41,874 nucleotides of DNA, taken from a virus. Its lineage: Duplodnaviria > Caudoviricetes. Positions 19,850-29,257 of the stretch are shown in pieces (within the stretch, counting starts at the first letter, position 1; each line of letters opens with the position of its first letter). The notes under the pieces were generated by a model. The model saw nothing but the letters and a program-made list of their open reading frames with translations. It made no database searches and was not told where the DNA came from. The DNA lies in the IMG/VR virus record IMGVR_UViG_3300009678_000089, positions 1-41,874 of that record, one strand, 5' to 3'. A program made the position numbers and the translations under genes.

Positions 19850-22800
19850 TGGGGAGATATCAGGATGCGTTGAGTCGCATTAATGCGGAAAGGGAGACTG
19901 GTGGGAGAAAGCCATTGTCCGGTGGCGATGCCGGGGCATTTGCATTCACTGCCGCCACTAGGAAACCAGCCACACCATTGCCCAAACCAAAAGCCACTGA
20001 CGTATTGGGCAACATCGCCCGTAACGTTAATCAGATGGTTGATGTCATTGGCGCAGCGCCTCGCATCTTTCAGCAAGAAGTTGACGACATTGTTAACATT
20101 GATAAAAGGCTTGCGGAGGTTCGCACCCCTGGCGATATTGCGAACCTGCCTATTATCAGACTTCTACCAGGCGCTTACGTTGCGGGTGGACTTCTACCCG
20201 GTGGAACGCCTGCTGGAGATTTGCTGGCGAATCCAGTCTTTACTGCGCTCGACGTTCTCCCATATGCTCACGGTGCCGCAAAGTCGTTGGGGAAGCAGGC
20301 GCTAGTTGACGTTGCGAAAACCGATGCAAAGATCGGCACACTAACTGGAGCTCGAGAAGCGAAGAACGCTGTTGCGAGAGTTGGGCTAGAAGATTTGCCA
20401 TTGAAGCAGAAGGTGGGATTGTCCGCCGCTAAATCGCTGGGCGAAGGGACTCGAGTTCTCCCGGATCTATTGTTTAAGAAATTCAATGAGGCGGGTGACA
20501 CAGTTCTCCGTGACCCATTTGAATCATTCCGAACTACTAAGACTGGACAGTTGGTTAACCAGTTTAGTAATCAGGTCAGACGTGCCGTCGGAGATATTAA
20601 GAGAATTGAGCTTTCATCTTCGCAGGACATTGGGCAAAAGGCTGGTGCTGCTAGTCAGTTCGAGGCATTTTCCGGTGGGGTTCAACTAGACAAACTTATC
20701 CAGCAAGCAGCGAAGGATAGTAAGGTCGGGCCTATTAGAGAGCAGTATTTGAGGGATTTGGCGGAACGGCCAATTTCCACTGCTGGAGTATCGCATTGGT
20801 CCGAGGCAGATGACTTGTCCAATATGGATCGGTCTATTCTTTCCGAAGCTGAAAGACTGTCGGAACAACTGGAGGTTCAAAAGACAAGTGATATGGCGGG
20901 TGTTGTCGATCAGTTTATTGAGCGCGATATTCGCGGTGATGTTCGTATTGTTGATGAGGCGAGAAGAACTCGGGCCGCAAAGGATAGAGCTGATAATAGC
21001 TACTTTGACTCTTCTAATTTTATTGAGCGCAAAGCTGCAAAGGCTGCCAGGGTAGATCATGGTATTACGGAAGCTACATGGAAGAATCTGCCAGGAGATC
21101 AAAAGGCAGCATTGATGGATAGTTCGCCTAGTTATATTCAGCTGCGGGAATTGTCCGAGAAACTGGACACTGTGTATCAGATGCGGGAACGGTACATTGA
21201 TGATCCGTCACTGAATCCTGAACAATATAAGGCTGCGTTGGAGGACGTTAAGAACTGGTTTAAGCAAACTCCGCCAAAGGGATTGACTACGAAGGAATGG
21301 AGTAGCGTTCAGGCTCGAGTTTCTAAGCGTAAGAATAATCTGGTTCAACTCGCGCAAAAGGATTTCCAGCGGATGCAGCTTAAGCCCGCTGATGCATATA
21401 TGCCGGAATTGCGGCGACGGTACGCTGACCAGGTTATTGAGAATTATCGGCGAGCTCAAGACGTGATTGATCCTGGCGATGCAAAGATTTGGCAAGAAGA
21501 GTATGAGCAATTTGGCAAGGAGCAGCGCCGGCAATTTCGCGAGGATATGAAGGAGAAGTATGGGGATGATTATAATCTCCTGAATTACCAATTGGCGTCA
21601 GAACTGCCGAGTGAGATTCATAACTTTGATTACCACGTTAAGGACCTATTTGCTGGGTTTATGGCGAAGGGTGAGATCACTCGACTGATGAATGAGATTA
21701 AAGGGCAGTGGCGTGATGTCCGGGCCAATTCTAAGCCAGTGTATATTCCGAGGGTAACGGCAGAGAATATTAAGTCTGTGAATTACCTGACGATTGAGCC
21801 GAAGTATATGACGCCGAAATTCGCACGGAAGATGACGTTTGATTACACGCCGGCTACCCCGAACATGGGATTGTCAATTTCATATGGCGCTTTCGAGGAT
21901 TTCATGGCACGGCAAACTGTGCCAGAAGTTGTAGAGAACCTTGTACAAACGATGGGTAAATCTACACAAGACGTTTATGATATGTATACTTCAATGGCAC
22001 AGCGCCGGCGTAGAAATATTAATCCTGGCGAAGATACACATAAGTACGTTGAGAAGAAAATGGCGGCAGGTTGGGTTGAATTCGATCCGCAGTCATTCTT
22101 CAACTTTAAAACGCTGAAGGGCAATCAGGAGTTTAAGGATATCCTGATTCCGAGAGAGGTTGAGAAGGTCTTTAAGCAGCTATTCACACCGGACAATCGG
22201 TCGTTTTTGAATTCCGGCGCAATCGGTTCGGTCAATGATATCTTTCGAGCTAGTGTATTAGCATTCTCGCCACGTTGGCATTGGTATAATCTATTGGGTG
22301 GAATGGCAATGATGACCATTCACAATCCAAAGGCATGGCTGGAAATCCCGAAGGTATGGAATGACTTTGGCGGATCAAAGGGGATGTTCTATCCTACTCG
22401 AGAACCGCACCTGAATTTTGATGACGCTGGCAGGATCGTTGAAACTGCTAAGCCATACACGAAACCGCAGCGCAAATATACTCCCGAAGAAGAAGGAGCG
22501 AGATTTGCTGGGATCACAGGTAGCTATGAAAGGGACTTGCTTAACCCAGATCAATCGGCTAAGTGGTTGGACTCTAAAATGGCCGGGGCGAAAAGTCTTA
22601 GGAGAATCTGGGACGGCATTCAAACTACGAAGCAATACTCTCTAGATGCTAACGCTTTCCTTGACGACGTTGTTCGAGCGGCAGATTTCCGTTCGACATA
22701 TAAGAGCGAATTGGACAGTCTGCTTAAAGAGGGAATCCCATCTGGGGAAGCCCATGTTTATGCATCGGAGCGGGCGCTCAAATCAGCGCAGGAGGTATTG

Positions 22801-23622
22801 ATGTCATGGAATCAAATGCTACCAATCGAACGTTCCGTGTTGCGAACAGTATTCCCATTCTACGGATGGATCAGCCACATAATGAGAATGGCAATGACAA
22901 TGCCTTTCGATCACCCTACGCGAATGGCGGTTGTCGCAGCATTTGCCAGGAACGAACAAATTGATGCAGCTACTGGCATTCCAGAACTATTCCGATCCCT
23001 CTTCTTCTTTGGTGATCCCCGGAAACAGGAGCGCACCACCGGATTTAATATCGGTGGCGCAGTACCCTTTAAGGACGTAGGGGACTTTGCGACAATGGCG
23101 GGATGGATTGGTGCAAGTTCGCCGTTGATTCAGCGTGGATTGAAGATCATGGGCGTTGATGTCCGTAGTGGTGGGCCGGAAATGTATCCGAATCTGGCTT
23201 ACGATCAGAATACTGGGCAGGTTGTGGCGAATACTGGAAATCCATTGTTGGGATTGGCGACAGACGTTATTCCGCAGAGTAAGTTGATTACGGCTGCACT
23301 TGGGATTAATGAAGAGTACAATAATATGGTGAAGTATAATAAAGCTGCTGCCGACCGTTACCTTTTGTCTAATGGCGGCCTTCCAATTCTATGGCGTGAC
23401 GTGGACACTGGTGTTGAATTTGGTAAGGAAGAATTGCAGCGGAGAAGGGTAGCTAAGAACGTGTTGCAGAATGCTAATTCATCTGGGAATACATCGGAGT
23501 TGGAGCGTTGGCCGAGCCTTTCGCCGCTGACATCGTACATTCAAATGAACAACCGTTACCGGCAGCAGGGCCGACCAGTTGATAAGCCAGCTCAAATGCC
23601 CGCCGATTTTTCGATTGCATAG
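19849..23622 (+). CDS. large internal virion/ejectosome protein (1257 aa)
   Basis: Size and position; FSPRWHWYNLLG and VFPFYGW motifs recall large podophage ejection proteins. Confidence 0.6.
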   Translation: MGRYQDALSRINAERETGGRKPLSGGDAGAFAFTAATRKPATPLPKPKATDVLGNIARNVNQMVDVIGAAPRIFQQEVDDIVNIDKRLAEVRTPGDIANLPIIRLLPGAYVAGGLLPGGTPAGDLLANPVFTALDVLPYAHGAAKSLGKQALVDVAKTDAKIGTLTGAREAKNAVARVGLEDLPLKQKVGLSAAKSLGEGTRVLPDLLFKKFNEAGDTVLRDPFESFRTTKTGQLVNQFSNQVRRAVGDIKRIELSSSQDIGQKAGAASQFEAFSGGVQLDKLIQQAAKDSKVGPIREQYLRDLAERPISTAGVSHWSEADDLSNMDRSILSEAERLSEQLEVQKTSDMAGVVDQFIERDIRGDVRIVDEARRTRAAKDRADNSYFDSSNFIERKAAKAARVDHGITEATWKNLPGDQKAALMDSSPSYIQLRELSEKLDTVYQMRERYIDDPSLNPEQYKAALEDVKNWFKQTPPKGLTTKEWSSVQARVSKRKNNLVQLAQKDFQRMQLKPADAYMPELRRRYADQVIENYRRAQDVIDPGDAKIWQEEYEQFGKEQRRQFREDMKEKYGDDYNLLNYQLASELPSEIHNFDYHVKDLFAGFMAKGEITRLMNEIKGQWRDVRANSKPVYIPRVTAENIKSVNYLTIEPKYMTPKFARKMTFDYTPATPNMGLSISYGAFEDFMARQTVPEVVENLVQTMGKSTQDVYDMYTSMAQRRRRNINPGEDTHKYVEKKMAAGWVEFDPQSFFNFKTLKGNQEFKDILIPREVEKVFKQLFTPDNRSFLNSGAIGSVNDIFRASVLAFSPRWHWYNLLGGMAMMTIHNPKAWLEIPKVWNDFGGSKGMFYPTREPHLNFDDAGRIVETAKPYTKPQRKYTPEEEGARFAGITGSYERDLLNPDQSAKWLDSKMAGAKSLRRIWDGIQTTKQYSLDANAFLDDVVRAADFRSTYKSELDSLLKEGIPSGEAHVYASERALKSAQEVLMSWNQMLPIERSVLRTVFPFYGWISHIMRMAMTMPFDHPTRMAVVAAFARNEQIDAATGIPELFRSLFFFGDPRKQERTTGFNIGGAVPFKDVGDFATMAGWIGASSPLIQRGLKIMGVDVRSGGPEMYPNLAYDQNTGQVVANTGNPLLGLATDVIPQSKLITAALGINEEYNNMVKYNKAAADRYLLSNGGLPILWRDVDTGVEFGKEELQRRRVAKNVLQNANSSGNTSELERWPSLSPLTSYIQMNNRYRQQGRPVDKPAQMPADFSIA

Positions 23623-23630
23623 GAGAGATA

Positions 23631-24089
23631 GTGGCACCCAAGATTCAGCCTAATGCAGATCGGCGGAGAGCTCTGCCGCATACTAAACAGGATCAGAAGG
23701 TTAGCAGTTATCGGAAGGGCCGGCCATTCAATAACAACTCTAAATTAGCGGAGTTGATGACGAAGCTTAGGATATCGCAACAGGAACTATCATTGCGATC
23801 GACCATTCATACCCGGACCCTATACGAATACATGACAGGACATCAGCCGATTCCCGCTCATCATATTCGGCAGATTGAAGTAGCGCTGAATCTTCCGGCG
23901 AGGGAGTTCTACGAATCGGCCGAGGAATTGTACCAGCGAGGTAGTCTCAAAATGACCCCGGCAATGGTCACTCGATTTCGCAATGTCCCTCGAGATGTAA
24001 CTGATGAGCAAGTTCAAGCACAGAAAACCATTCCACAACAAATGGCGGAACTTCCGTCGACGATTAGCAGCAACAGAAAGGCAGTGTAA
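23631..24089 (+). CDS. XRE-family helix-turn-helix DNA-binding protein
   Basis: LAELMTKLRISQQELSLRSTIHTRTLYEYMTG..IP..IEVALNL. Confidence 0.75.
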   Translation: MAPKIQPNADRRRALPHTKQDQKVSSYRKGRPFNNNSKLAELMTKLRISQQELSLRSTIHTRTLYEYMTGHQPIPAHHIRQIEVALNLPAREFYESAEELYQRGSLKMTPAMVTRFRNVPRDVTDEQVQAQKTIPQQMAELPSTISSNRKAV

Positions 24090-24346
24090 TGGCTAAGGCA
24101 AAGAAGGATGAGGATGCGACCCCCGAGGTGGATGAGAATTCGGCGGAGGTTGAAGCTGAGGTTTCAGAAGTACCAGAACACCCACCCATTTACTCTGAGG
24201 TAATTCCGGGCATGGAGCCTATCAACCCATACGTTGATAATCCAGAGGCTGATCCGCACGAGAACCAGGATGAGGTTGCACCTCATGGTTCTAATACCCC
24301 AGCAGATAAGGGAGATGATGGGAAGAACGACAAGCCAACTTCGTAA
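24089..24346 (+). CDS. small acidic, disordered protein
   Basis: TAATG junction; GAAAGG RBS. Confidence 0.7.
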   Translation: MAKAKKDEDATPEVDENSAEVEAEVSEVPEHPPIYSEVIPGMEPINPYVDNPEADPHENQDEVAPHGSNTPADKGDDGKNDKPTS

Positions 24347-25010
24347 GGATTGGGCGCCGGCCTGCAATTCCAGTAAATACATTCGCATTGATCTACATGG
24401 TCAAGGGCGGGTGACGGTTGACCCACGGATTCAATCGGCAGTTAAAGCGCTGAATGATATCCTAGTGCGTTACAATTATCTGACTCGTCGAGCGGATACT
24501 GGCGCATATAACTGCCGGCCAATTACCGGCGGTACTGGCTATAGTATCCATGCGTATGGTGTCGCCATTGATATCAACTGGCAGTCCAATCCCTATGGCA
24601 AAACCTTAATCACTGACATGCCTCGTGCAATGGTCAATGAGATTACCGCTATCCGTACCAACAACAATTGTCCGGTATGGGAATGGGGCGGGAATTGGCG
24701 GGGCAATAAGGATGCGATGCACTATGAGATTGATTGCACGCCGGTTGACCTAGCCACTGGAATTAAAAGTAACACTCCAATCCCGATTCCACCTACACCA
24801 ACACCAGGAGATGATGTTCCAATGTTCTGTCTCGTCCAACCTAATGATGGGAGAGGAGTCTACCGCTTTGATGGTACCTCAATGATGGGGGTTCCTAACC
24901 CAACAATTTTGGGCGGCGATCAGATTGTCCTCGCAGTTCTCGGATTGCCTAACCAGGTTATTGCGGTAGATGCGGTCTGGTTTAATTCCTGGCCCATCAC
25001 TCGAGGTTAA
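24318..25010 (+). CDS. endolysin, M15-family zinc peptidase
   Basis: YNCRPITGG..SIHAYGVAIDIN (SxHxxGxAxD) and WGGNW..KDAMHYEI; Pro/Thr linker then a short C-terminal domain; start at 24315 or 24318 after AAGGGAG. Confidence 0.88.
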   Translation: MGRTTSQLRKDWAPACNSSKYIRIDLHGQGRVTVDPRIQSAVKALNDILVRYNYLTRRADTGAYNCRPITGGTGYSIHAYGVAIDINWQSNPYGKTLITDMPRAMVNEITAIRTNNNCPVWEWGGNWRGNKDAMHYEIDCTPVDLATGIKSNTPIPIPPTPTPGDDVPMFCLVQPNDGRGVYRFDGTSMMGVPNPTILGGDQIVLAVLGLPNQVIAVDAVWFNSWPITRG

Positions 25011-25021
25011 TAGTGTAATTG

Positions 25022-25118
25022 GACAAACAAAAATCCCCGGTCCTTCCTTGGGCAGAGGGACCGGGGATTTTCGGAAAGGGGAATTACATGGCAGGTAGAC
25101 GACGAAGAACACCTGTTA
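25022..25118 (-). ncRNA. candidate ~95-nt small RNA (sRNA-1)
   Basis: Minus-strand TTGACA (25154-25149)-18-TATTAT promoter; hairpin, then single-stranded CCAUGUAAUUCCCCUUUCC, then terminator. Confidence 0.5.
25030..25071. terminator. bidirectional intrinsic terminator
   Basis: AAAATCCCCGGTCC / GGACCGGGGATTTT 14-bp stem; the better U tract is on the minus strand. Confidence 0.8.
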
Positions 25119-25179
25119 ATTGTTATAATATAGGGAAGATAGGGTAACTGTCAATAGAATATAGTGATCGGGTAAGTGA

Positions 25180-25425
25180 ATGGGCTTGGAATGGTGGTTA
25201 GGATTAGCTGCGATTCTCGGCCCTATCCTATCCGGTGTGTTAGTAGCTAAGATCAATAAGACTAAATCTGCAACTGAGAATAGCCAGATCATTGCCGATG
25301 CCTCAAAGACTGCTGTGGAAACTGCTGAACTCGCTCATCACGCTCAGATCACACAATTGAATGAGGCAATAGTAACACTCGAGCTCAAGCTCAAAGAATG
25401 TTTGGAGAATCATAATGAGTCCTGA
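25180..25425 (+). CDS. membrane protein (1 TM + coiled coil), holin/lysis accessory
   Basis: N-terminal hydrophobic helix WWLGLAAILGPILSGVLVA; lysis cassette position; TG-T-TATAAT extended -10 at 25121-25129. Confidence 0.7.
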   Translation: MGLEWWLGLAAILGPILSGVLVAKINKTKSATENSQIIADASKTAVETAELAHHAQITQLNEAIVTLELKLKECLENHNES

Positions 25426-25639
25426 CCTGCCAGGGTATATCCGCACAATTGTTCCGATGATTGTCGGTTGGATCGGAGCGCTACTATTGGACTGGGGGAT
25501 TGACTTTACGAACGAGGGTCTAACACAGTTCGTTGTCGTACTAGTTGGTGGGATCTATTACGTTGTTGTTCGCCTGTTGGAAAAGCGTTGGCCGAAAGCA
25601 GGTAGGTTGCTAGGGGTAGCTAAAACTCCCGTGTATTAA
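25415..25639 (+). CDS. holin (actinophage type, 2 TM)
   Basis: IRTIVPMIVGW...YYVVVRLLEKRWP..G.LLG..KTPVY pattern. Confidence 0.75.
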   Translation: MSPDLPGYIRTIVPMIVGWIGALLLDWGIDFTNEGLTQFVVVLVGGIYYVVVRLLEKRWPKAGRLLGVAKTPVY

Positions 25640-25653
25640 TCACTGCATCCAGC

Positions 25654-25698
25654 AAAAAGAAAAGGCCCGGATCAAATTAATGATCCGGGCCTTTTTCT
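25654..25698. terminator. bidirectional terminator where the two genome arms converge
   Basis: AAAAGGCCCGGATCA / TGATCCGGGCCTTTT 15-bp stem with A and T tracts on both sides. Confidence 0.9.
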
Positions 25699-25752
25699 AT
25701 GAGCGACCAGTTGCGTGTGAGTGCTCCCTGGTCTGTTGCCTATTTAGTTGTA

Positions 25753-26202
25753 TTATGCATCAGTCAGAATTAACTGATGTCGATCTCTAAGATAGTTCAT
25801 TATCGGGGCAGAGTCAATTGTAATAAGCAGATCAGCGAGAGATGGGAATGAGTAACCGTCGTAGGAATTGTCCGTAGTTTGACTGTCGCCAATATGGTCT
25901 ACATGCCAATGCCGGCGAGTGATGTTCATTCCGATCATTTTACACATTAGATGGATTTGCGGGGCGGGGGAGCAGGTAATAACAATAAGGGAATCGGCAT
26001 TAACGGTGACATACCAATCGCCAGACATTTGCTGAGCTACAACAACTGCCTCTTTCATTACCTCCCGTGTGTACTTATTCAACATCCATAGCATGTCAAT
26101 TGAATCGAGCGTTGTTCTAACGCCGTCAATATCGTCACTGTCCATGATGACTGCTGAGCGCAGAATTGGTTGGACATCAAGTTCTTCTTCGTCAATCTCC
26201 AT
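25753..26202 (-). CDS. hypothetical protein
   Basis: ORF 25753..26259; start likely at ATG 26202 (MEIDEEE). Confidence 0.7.
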   Translation of the reverse strand: MEIDEEELDVQPILRSAVIMDSDDIDGVRTTLDSIDMLWMLNKYTREVMKEAVVVAQQMSGDWYVTVNADSLIVITCSPAPQIHLMCKMIGMNITRRHWHVDHIGDSQTTDNSYDGYSFPSLADLLITIDSAPIMNYLRDRHQLILTDA

Positions 26203-26347
26203 CTTTCTTAACCACCTTCTCTTTCTTGATAACATAGCCAGTAGCTTGGATTGTTCCAAATGCTGATGTCAACGCCTGGATGGTTTTCCAATGATGAATG
26301 TCCAGATATTTAGGAGTCCACTCATGGATAACTTTCCGTCGTTTCAA
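26192..26347 (-). CDS. small basic hypothetical protein (51 aa, MKRRKVIHEWTPKY...), missed by the ORF track
   Basis: TTGA overlap with the upstream stop; GAGG upstream; fills the gap. Confidence 0.6.
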   Translation of the reverse strand: MKRRKVIHEWTPKYLDIHHWKTIQALTSAFGTIQATGYVIKKEKVVKKDGD

Positions 26348-26580
26348 CCGAAGCCTCGCTCAATTAACTGTGCTTCCCAAATCCGGTTGTTCCATTGTGA
26401 CTCAGTAAACTGACAGGCGGCCTTGAATTCTGCCTCCATCATTCGGGCATTGTGAATTAACACCTCTGCTGGGTCTAGCTTTGATGTCTCGAGATACTGA
26501 GTTTCAATAAGGCGGACACAATGGTAAGTGTCATTCGGGACTTTGATATTGCAGATAAGTTTAAGGTATGAGCGCCTCAA
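26344..26580 (-). CDS. hypothetical protein
   Basis: Tightly packed ORF. Confidence 0.6.
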   Translation of the reverse strand: MRRSYLKLICNIKVPNDTYHCVRLIETQYLETSKLDPAEVLIHNARMMEAEFKAACQFTESQWNNRIWEAQLIERGFG

Positions 26581-26871
26581 CTAATCGACCCCCATTTCGT
26601 CCTTTTCAATCGCTGCATTTAATTTAGCAGCGAAAAACACGTTCCATTTTGTGGGGATTCTATTGCCCAGGAAATACATTGGAGTATTAAGGTCAGTTGG
26701 TGGACGCAATGATGCAGCATCCCAAGTTCTTACCATTGCGTCGCAAATCCACTCGAGCATTGCTTCGAGCTCTAATTCGCGCTCAGTATGTTCCGATGGT
26801 GGATCAGGGTTAAAGGTGCTCAATCTTCTTCCTAACTCTAGGCGGATCGAATGCCGGGTAAATGTTCTCAA
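26581..26871 (-). CDS. hypothetical protein
   Basis: ORF overlapping the 3' end of the ERCC4 gene; GAGGAAA upstream. Confidence 0.6.
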   Translation of the reverse strand: MRTFTRHSIRLELGRRLSTFNPDPPSEHTERELELEAMLEWICDAMVRTWDAASLRPPTDLNTPMYFLGNRIPTKWNVFFAAKLNAAIEKDEMGVD

Positions 26872-27514
26872 CTGTTTTCCTCCCCACGCCCGGTACTTCC
26901 ATTAACCGTTTCTTTGACACTTTCCAACGTACTGGACTCCCGTTGAAATGTTTAACAATATTCCTAGCTGTCTTAATTCCGACGCCTGGCAACATCGAGA
27001 GTATATGAGCTTGCCAATCTGCATTTGATGCTCGACCCCAATCATCCTCTATTTCGAGCTGTCGTTTAGAACTGAGTGTAGAGTGCTCAGTTTTCCGTGA
27101 CCATTTATCCACAATCTCCACGTAATCAATTGTATCGGAAAGGTTGTTGGTCTTGACGATGATAAACCCTTCCGATGCTAGGGTCAATAGAATCTGCTCA
27201 ATCATGTCTTTCGTAATTACTCGGTTACTATAGGATTGGTTAACCAGAATGCCGTCGCTTGTGTAGACCAGTTTACCTTCAAGCAAGATAATGCGGTAGT
27301 CAAGTTGCCCATTGTGTAGCATCTTGAGCCGTTGATCGCCGAGCCTTCCATCAGCAATAGATGATAAGAAATCATTGATCTCCTTCCGCTGTATTCCAAC
27401 TGTCGCCGCATTTTCAACTAGGATGTCGCAGCCAAATCTCTCGGGGAATGTCGATACTTTGTTAGCAATAGACATTAGGGCTTTCGGTTCACCACTACTG
27501 CTAACCCAGATCAT
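26810..27514 (-). CDS. ERCC4 (XPF/Mus81/Hef-like) structure-specific nuclease with tandem HhH motifs
   Basis: GCDIL..GIQRKEINDFLSSIADGRL..Q..IILLEG (ERKxxxD variant); HhH motifs LPGVGIKTA and VPGVGRKT. Confidence 0.88.
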   Translation of the reverse strand: MIWVSSSGEPKALMSIANKVSTFPERFGCDILVENAATVGIQRKEINDFLSSIADGRLGDQRLKMLHNGQLDYRIILLEGKLVYTSDGILVNQSYSNRVITKDMIEQILLTLASEGFIIVKTNNLSDTIDYVEIVDKWSRKTEHSTLSSKRQLEIEDDWGRASNADWQAHILSMLPGVGIKTARNIVKHFNGSPVRWKVSKKRLMEVPGVGRKTVENIYPAFDPPRVRKKIEHL

Positions 27515-27840
27515 TAAATCTCCCCGGACTGGTACCGATCAACTAGGCGGTTAATTGCGGCAGCGTAATCGAAGAATGAGTCCACGTCAAACGCAATGCC
27601 AGTGTAATAAACTATCTGGTCATCTTCCTTTTTATATGGAACTGATGCAGGAGGTTTCGTTAGTGGCAGCATGATTGCCACAACGTTTGTAATGCCATCT
27701 TCTGTTAATACCTGTGACGGAGCGAAGATGATATCGCCCATGATAAACGGCATCTGAGCTTCATTGTTTAATAGGTGCAAAGCGGAATTCGGCCAACCCT
27801 CACCTTCTACATCTAGAACTTTGTCGATATCGTCATCCAT
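27514..27840 (-). CDS. hypothetical protein
   Basis: Start likely at ATG 27840 (MDDDIDK) after AAGGAA. Confidence 0.65.
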   Translation of the reverse strand: MDDDIDKVLDVEGEGWPNSALHLLNNEAQMPFIMGDIIFAPSQVLTEDGITNVVAIMLPLTKPPASVPYKKEDDQIVYYTGIAFDVDSFFDYAAAINRLVDRYQSGEI

Positions 27841-28582
27841 TGCGTTCCTTTCGCCAATTAGCAGTTGCCTGTAGATAGTCAACTGCGAAGTTACTAAACT
27901 CCTCGTTCTGCCATTCTTCACGCTCACGATCTTTAATCGTAGTAATGCGTCGACCGACTCGCCCCTTGTTCAACATTAAGGTTGTGTGCGGCAAATGAGG
28001 TACCCGTTTCTGCCCACGAGGCTTACTTCCGACAGGCCCAAACATCTCCTTGATAATTGGGTCCCTTTCCTTTGGATTGAGCGGTTCCATTTCACTCGTC
28101 ATAATCACGTGGCCCGGGAATTCCAGGATTAGTCTAAGGAATTTATTCCACATTGGGTTAATGATCTGGTAATCCGAGTTACCTTCAAACCCATCTCCAC
28201 CTTCCTTTTTCTTCTTTGCGAAATAAACCTCCATATCCATTCCATAGTTCCGAACACAATAGGAGTTCTGACATGCACTCCAAGCGCTAGTCATTCCATC
28301 GACATTCAGCCAATCCTGTTTATCCGCTTGATTGTTAATTGACTTTAATGCCTGGGTCGCTGGTTCCCAATCGTCCGGGAAAATCTGCGTGATATCTAGG
28401 TTCGGGAGTTTCAGCCTGCTATTCATCCGGGTCCAGGCAAAGTCATTATCGAGAACATACATTGTTGAATTGGGTGTAGCCTCAGCGATGGTCAATCCAC
28501 ATCGAGATTTACCGGCGCCAGGTCCACCGAATACCAAGATCCTTTCCGGATCGTTGGGATCTGGCGGGATAATATCTGTCAT
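27833..28582 (-). CDS. AAA/RecA-like ATPase (Sak4-like single-strand annealing protein)
   Basis: Walker A FGGPGAGKS; Walker B WLNVDGMT; KDR near the C-terminus; neighbour of an exonuclease. Confidence 0.75.
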   Translation of the reverse strand: MTDIIPPDPNDPERILVFGGPGAGKSRCGLTIAEATPNSTMYVLDNDFAWTRMNSRLKLPNLDITQIFPDDWEPATQALKSINNQADKQDWLNVDGMTSAWSACQNSYCVRNYGMDMEVYFAKKKKEGGDGFEGNSDYQIINPMWNKFLRLILEFPGHVIMTSEMEPLNPKERDPIIKEMFGPVGSKPRGQKRVPHLPHTTLMLNKGRVGRRITTIKDREREEWQNEEFSNFAVDYLQATANWRKERNG

Positions 28583-28866
28583 AGTTTCCCCTTAATTCCG
28601 AGTTCTTCCCTGACGACTCTAATCTCCTCAGCAATTGCGCGGCGATGTTTAGCCAAGGCAAGTCTGAATCTAACAAAGCCGACCTCTCCGTCAGGATAAG
28701 CCATCTGAATCTCCAGAAAATTCCGACCAGGCGCATCAGGGAATTCGACTTTGACAACTTGTAGGAATCGTTCGTCGTCACAAATATACCCCTCGCCCCA
28801 CACTCTCCATTCCCGTGATTTAAAAGTCTTGAGTATTGGTTGACTCTGTTCCGTTGTTGCTGGCAT
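28579..28866 (-). CDS. hypothetical protein (possibly PC4-like ssDNA-binding)
   Basis: LQVVKVEF..GRNFLEIQ..GFVRF beta pattern followed by a helix; weak resemblance. Confidence 0.45.
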   Translation of the reverse strand: MPATTEQSQPILKTFKSREWRVWGEGYICDDERFLQVVKVEFPDAPGRNFLEIQMAYPDGEVGFVRFRLALAKHRRAIAEEIRVVREELGIKGKL

Positions 28867-29257
28867 TAAACTTCTTCTCCTCTTCTTTCTCGAGGTGTGT
28901 CATATGATCCATATGGACTCTGAACTTCCAGTCAGCATAGTACATTTTATTATGCAGGTCTGCGATATGTAGGGCGTCTGACTGTGATGATGGGTTGGCA
29001 AGATAAGCAATTAGTAGGCATAGTGGGCAGGTGCCGCAACCCGATTTCGCGCAATACTTCCGAATGAATGCATTGCCAAGGTCATTGGCGACCATGAACT
29101 TCTCATTGGTATCTGAGTTCTTCCACTTATCCAGCGCCGGATTATTAGCATCTTCATGAACCCATTGCTTTAGATTATCAGGTGCCGGGTAGCTTTTGCC
29201 AAACAATCTTTGCTGGTTTTCCGTCGTTGGATTGTTTGTCGGATTCTCCGAGCTCAA
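28820..29257 (-). CDS. hypothetical protein with a Cys cluster (CAKSGCGTCPLC)
   Basis: ORF overlapping both neighbours; GGAGAGGA upstream. Confidence 0.6.
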   Translation of the reverse strand: MSSENPTNNPTTENQQRLFGKSYPAPDNLKQWVHEDANNPALDKWKNSDTNEKFMVANDLGNAFIRKYCAKSGCGTCPLCLLIAYLANPSSQSDALHIADLHNKMYYADWKFRVHMDHMTHLEKEEEKKFNASNNGTESTNTQDF

